In this document: piece after piece, positions 57,969-64,000 of the stretch
Numbering within the stretch: the first letter of the stretch is position 1
Layout of the letters: each line of letters starts with the position of its first letter
DNA from: Bacillota bacterium
GTDB lineage: Bacteria > Bacillota > Sulfobacillia > RBS10-35 > JAJYVN01
Length of the DNA: 64,000 nucleotides
Assembly (NCBI GenBank): GCA_021806565.1
Contig: JAJZXK010000004.1
Span: 11,445 to 75,444, forward strand
Direction: 5' to 3'
Made by a program: the position numbers and the translations under genes
Notes under the pieces: model-generated
The model's input: the letters and a program-made list of their open reading frames with translations, nothing else
The model's database searches: none
What the model was told of the DNA's origin: nothing

Positions 57969-60224
57969 TCACCCCGCCGCGGGCGCGGCCGCTTTGGGTC
58001 CAGACGTACCTGGGGCAGTCGCGGCCTTCGCCGGCTTAGACGCCGACGCCGTCGTGGAAGACGATGCGCTTGAGGAGACAGAAGCGGTGGGGGACTTGAC
58101 CGCCACCACCGGCCTGGCCGACCCCGGGGACCCGACCGCCGCCTTGGGCTTGGCCGGTGCCGGGGGCGTGCCCCACCACGGCGGATAGTGCCGCCGCAGT
58201 CCAAACCACTTCTGGATGATGGGGGGCACGATCGCCGAGGCCCTGCCGGCCTTCCACATGGCGCGGTCCAGGCCGAAGTAGTAGTCGTAGACCTCACGGG
58301 CCACCGGGGCGCCGCTGCCGAACCCCTCGTTGGCGTGCTGCGCGAAGACAATGACGGCGATCTGCGGGTGGTGCGCCGGTGCGTACGAGATCCACCAACC
58401 GTCATTACCCTTGGTACCACCCACCTGCGCGGTTCCCGTCTTGCCCGCCACCGTGATCGCGTGACCGAGATACTGTTGGGTGAGTTGGCTGAACTGGTAG
58501 AAGGGCCAGTAGGCCGTGCCGAAATCGGAGACCATGCCATGCCCGTACCAGGAGGGATGGATCTCGGTCACCGCGTTCATCGAGCGCTGCACCGCCGCCA
58601 GCACCCCCGGGGCAAGCGCGATGTGGCGGCGCACCTTGGGACCCTGCCGCCAGACGACCCGCCCGCCCGGCGACACCACCTTGGATACCAGGTAGGGCCG
58701 CAGCAGCCTGCCCCCGTTGGCGACGGCGGCGACGTAGTCGGCCATCTCCAACGGGTTGAGGGTGGTCAACCCCTGGCCGATCGACGTCTGCATCGTCAAC
58801 GCGGTCGTCCAGGACTCATTTTGCAGGCTGAGCGCGAGGGCCGGCGAGGACACGTAGCCGGGCGTCTCCCCATACAGGTCCGTCTGCCCGGTCAACTGCC
58901 CCAGGCCGAACTGTGCCGCCACCCGGTCGATGGCGGCGATTCCCGTATGGGCTCCGGCGACATAGAAGTACGTGTCGCACGACTGCGCCATCGCCTCGCG
59001 CAGCGTCAGATTGCCGTCCCAGGTCGGAATCCAGTTATGCAAGAAGGTGTTGCCGACCCGCAGTGTCGGCGGGCAGCTTAGACGCTGCCATGGCGTGATG
59101 GCGTGCTGCTGCAGCGCCGCGATCGCCGTGATCGGCTTGAAGGTCGACCCAGGCGGCGCCACATAGGAGATGGCGTGGTCGATGAAGGGCCGCCCGGGCT
59201 CCGTGGCCCAATGCTGGTAACGGGACGAAAGGGTCTTGGCGGCGGCACTGTTCGGCGTGGCGCCGGCCGCCTGGGCAAAGACGTTCGGATCGAAGGTCGG
59301 CACCGATCCCAGGGCGAGGATGGCGCCGGTACGCACATCGATCACCACGGCGCCGGCGGCGAACGCGTTGGGATAGGGTCCACCCTCGGAGGCGAACGGC
59401 CGCGTGCGCAACGCCCGTAACTGGGCCGTCAGGGCGCGCTGCAGGACCGCCTGCAGGCCGGCATGCAGCGTGAGCACCACGTTGTTGCCGGGGACGGGCT
59501 TTTTCAGCACGAACGAGCGGATGGGGTGGTAGGTCCGGTTGATCTCCACCAGTTTCGTGCCGTTGACCCCCGCCAGGCCCGGCGCAGTCCGTCCCGACGG
59601 CAGGCGCACCGACTGAAACGTCTGTTCGATGCCGTCGACGCCCACCAGTTCACCCGGATTCGGGCCGGCCTTGACGAAGCCGAGCACATTGGCCGCCAGC
59701 TCACTGCCCGGATCGGTGGCCCCCGCCAGTCCGGGATAGACCCGCACCGCCTGGGCGACGACCGAGACGCCCGGCAACTGGCTGCGGGCATCGGCCAGTG
59801 CCGTATATTCCTTCGGCGTCAGCCCCGACTTGAGCAACACTGGCATGAAGGGCAGTCCGGTCTGCAGGCGCCGCTCGGCGGCCTGGACCGACGTCTGCGA
59901 CACACCCAGAATACGCGCGATGCGGGCCGTTTCCGCCGCCGTGGGTGGATGCGCGGTGAAGGACAGTTCGGCTGCGAACGACGGCACGTCGGTCGCCAGC
60001 ACCTGACCGCCGGCGGCGAGGATCTTGCCGCGCGGCGCGACCAGCGGCAGGGTGCGCAGCGTCTCGGCGCGGGCCGCGGCCAGCAGCGCCGGGCCCTTCA
60101 CCACCTGCAGGTCCCACAGGCGCCAACCGACGGCGGCCAAGAGCAGCACGAACAGGGCCCCGGTGACCCTGGCCTTTTGCCTCAGGTATTCGAGTTGCGG
60201 CCGCTCATCGCCGAGGAAGTCCAC
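57969..60224 (-). CDS. class B penicillin-binding protein (PBP2/transpeptidase) with Pro/Ala/Ser-rich C-terminal tail
   Basis: ORF 57969..60278. GGGAGAGGG SD lies 6 nt before GTG 60224. TM anchor VTGALFVLLLAAVGW; PGSTFKPITAIAAL (SxxK); KTGTAQ (KTG). The last ~100 aa are low-complexity (PAPAKPKAAVGSP...SSSASSSTTASAS). Confidence 0.85.
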   Translation of the reverse strand: MDFLGDERPQLEYLRQKARVTGALFVLLLAAVGWRLWDLQVVKGPALLAAARAETLRTLPLVAPRGKILAAGGQVLATDVPSFAAELSFTAHPPTAAETARIARILGVSQTSVQAAERRLQTGLPFMPVLLKSGLTPKEYTALADARSQLPGVSVVAQAVRVYPGLAGATDPGSELAANVLGFVKAGPNPGELVGVDGIEQTFQSVRLPSGRTAPGLAGVNGTKLVEINRTYHPIRSFVLKKPVPGNNVVLTLHAGLQAVLQRALTAQLRALRTRPFASEGGPYPNAFAAGAVVIDVRTGAILALGSVPTFDPNVFAQAAGATPNSAAAKTLSSRYQHWATEPGRPFIDHAISYVAPPGSTFKPITAIAALQQHAITPWQRLSCPPTLRVGNTFLHNWIPTWDGNLTLREAMAQSCDTYFYVAGAHTGIAAIDRVAAQFGLGQLTGQTDLYGETPGYVSSPALALSLQNESWTTALTMQTSIGQGLTTLNPLEMADYVAAVANGGRLLRPYLVSKVVSPGGRVVWRQGPKVRRHIALAPGVLAAVQRSMNAVTEIHPSWYGHGMVSDFGTAYWPFYQFSQLTQQYLGHAITVAGKTGTAQVGGTKGNDGWWISYAPAHHPQIAVIVFAQHANEGFGSGAPVAREVYDYYFGLDRAMWKAGRASAIVPPIIQKWFGLRRHYPPWWGTPPAPAKPKAAVGSPGSARPVVAVKSPTASVSSSASSSTTASASKPAKAATAPGTSGPKAAAPAAG

Positions 60225-60299
60225 ACCAAACCCTCTCCCGCCGCTCCGACGGGTGCCTCCATGCGCCCCGTCCCGCACGGGCGGCGGCCGGCCCGAGGC

Positions 60300-61025
60300 C
60301 TACCGCGCCCGCTCCGCCGCTTCCAACTCCGCAAGCACCGCGCGCAGAGCCGCCAGTGGATCGGCCGCGGCGGTCACCGGCCTGCCGATGACGAGATAAT
60401 CCGCACCCGCGGCCACCGCGGCAGTGGGCGTCGCCACCCTGGCCTGATCCCCCTGATCCACCCCGGCCGGCCGCACGCCGGGGGTGACCACCAGAAAGGA
60501 CGGGCCCCCCACGCCGCGCACCACCGCCGCCTCCTCGGGAGAGGCCACCACCCCGTCACACCCCGCCGCCTGCGCCAGGTGGGCAAGCGATGAAACATGG
60601 GCGCGCATCGGGGCCGCAACGCCCACCGCGGCCAAGGCCGCTTCGTCCAGGCTCGTGAGGGCGGTCACCGCAAGGCATCGCGGGGGGCGGTCCGCGGCGC
60701 CGGCCGCCTCCACCGCCGCCCGCAGCATGGCCTCGCCCCCCAGGGCGTGCACCGTCAGGCCCCACACGCCTACGGCCGCCGCCGCCCGCACCGCACCTGC
60801 CACCGTGCGGGGAATGTCATGCAGCTTGAGATCCAAAAAGACCGGGCCGGTCACCGGCAAGAGGGCGCGGAGCCCCTCGGGCCCGGTGCGGCAGAAGAGC
60901 TCCAGCCCAACCTTGAACCGCACCCCGGTCGGGCGCAGTTCCGCGGCGCACTCCCTCGCCCGCTTCAGGTCGGCGAAATCCAGCGCCACAAACACTCGGC
61001 CCGCCGGCCCATCCGGTTGCGCCAC
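60300..61025 (-). CDS. pyrF: orotidine-5'-phosphate decarboxylase
   Basis: ORF 60300..61202. GGGGGGAG SD lies 5 nt before GTG 61025. VFVALDFAD, FLDLKLHDIPRTV, VTPGVRP, YLVIGRPV. Confidence 0.85.
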   Translation of the reverse strand: MAQPDGPAGRVFVALDFADLKRARECAAELRPTGVRFKVGLELFCRTGPEGLRALLPVTGPVFLDLKLHDIPRTVAGAVRAAAAVGVWGLTVHALGGEAMLRAAVEAAGAADRPPRCLAVTALTSLDEAALAAVGVAAPMRAHVSSLAHLAQAAGCDGVVASPEEAAVVRGVGGPSFLVVTPGVRPAGVDQGDQARVATPTAAVAAGADYLVIGRPVTAAADPLAALRAVLAELEAAERAR

Positions 61026-61110
61026 CGCCGCTCCCCCCAGCCGCGCCTTCGCCGCCCGCGGCTTCCGCCCCTGCCCGCGCCACGGCGCCGCCCGTTGGCA
61101 TACACCGGCT

Positions 61111-64000
<2,890 letters not shown>

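Overview
The window is a very GC-rich bacterial chromosomal segment (judged by eye, not computed). The six-frame track is therefore crowded with long spurious antisense ORFs. I accepted an ORF only if its translation carried recognisable family motifs, usually together with a G-rich Shine-Dalgarno box. Start codons were re-picked on that basis, and many are GTG or TTG.

Content from left to right:
- ABC exporter plus a DUF1854-like partner.
- arsR-arsB-arsC operon.
- Divergent pair of sulfatase-family genes.
- Small lower-GC accessory islet (TnpB relic, AbiEii-like nucleotidyltransferase, coupled small ORF).
- LAL/MalT-type LuxR regulator next to a ~1970-aa SLH-anchored surface protein.
- dGTPase-like HD hydrolase.
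- ICMT-family methyltransferase, an oxidoreductase, decayed uvrA-like fragments, FMN reductase and MarR.
- ssrA (tmRNA) and smpB.
- S-box riboswitch controlling a threonine-synthase-like enzyme plus a GG-terminated ThiS/MoaD carrier.
- MacAB-type efflux operon whose permease is frameshifted.
- MsmX-like ATPase.
- Fused AhbA/B-like siroheme decarboxylase.
- yutG-like gene and sufC-sufD-sufS-sufU.
- Three more sulfatase-family paralogs around a GH37 trehalase-like gene.
- Two paralogous DUF58 + DUF4129-membrane-protein modules flanking a cupredoxin-like gene and yigZ.
- tRNA-Arg(CCG).
- Tandem flavin-reductase-domain protein and a truncated enolase-superfamily gene.
- Fluoride-riboswitch operon (2 crcB + 2 DUF190).
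- PBP2, pyrF, and carB (which runs off the right edge).

The SLH domains, S-box, SufU and YutG suggest a high-GC Bacillota-type lineage; this is inference only.

Observations most worth follow-up:
1. The SAM-riboswitch-controlled ThrC-like/sulfur-carrier pair.
2. The sulfatase-fold paralog family in which the formylglycine position switches between Cys and Thr, clustered with a trehalase-like gene.
3. The duplicated MoxR-less DUF58/DUF4129 modules.
4. A tmRNA whose T-arm lacks the GTTCRA loop.
5. The SLH giant protein with Pmp-like GGA[ILV]Y/FxxN periodic repeats.
6. The AbiEii-like islet.

All family calls are from motif recognition by eye. No searches were run.
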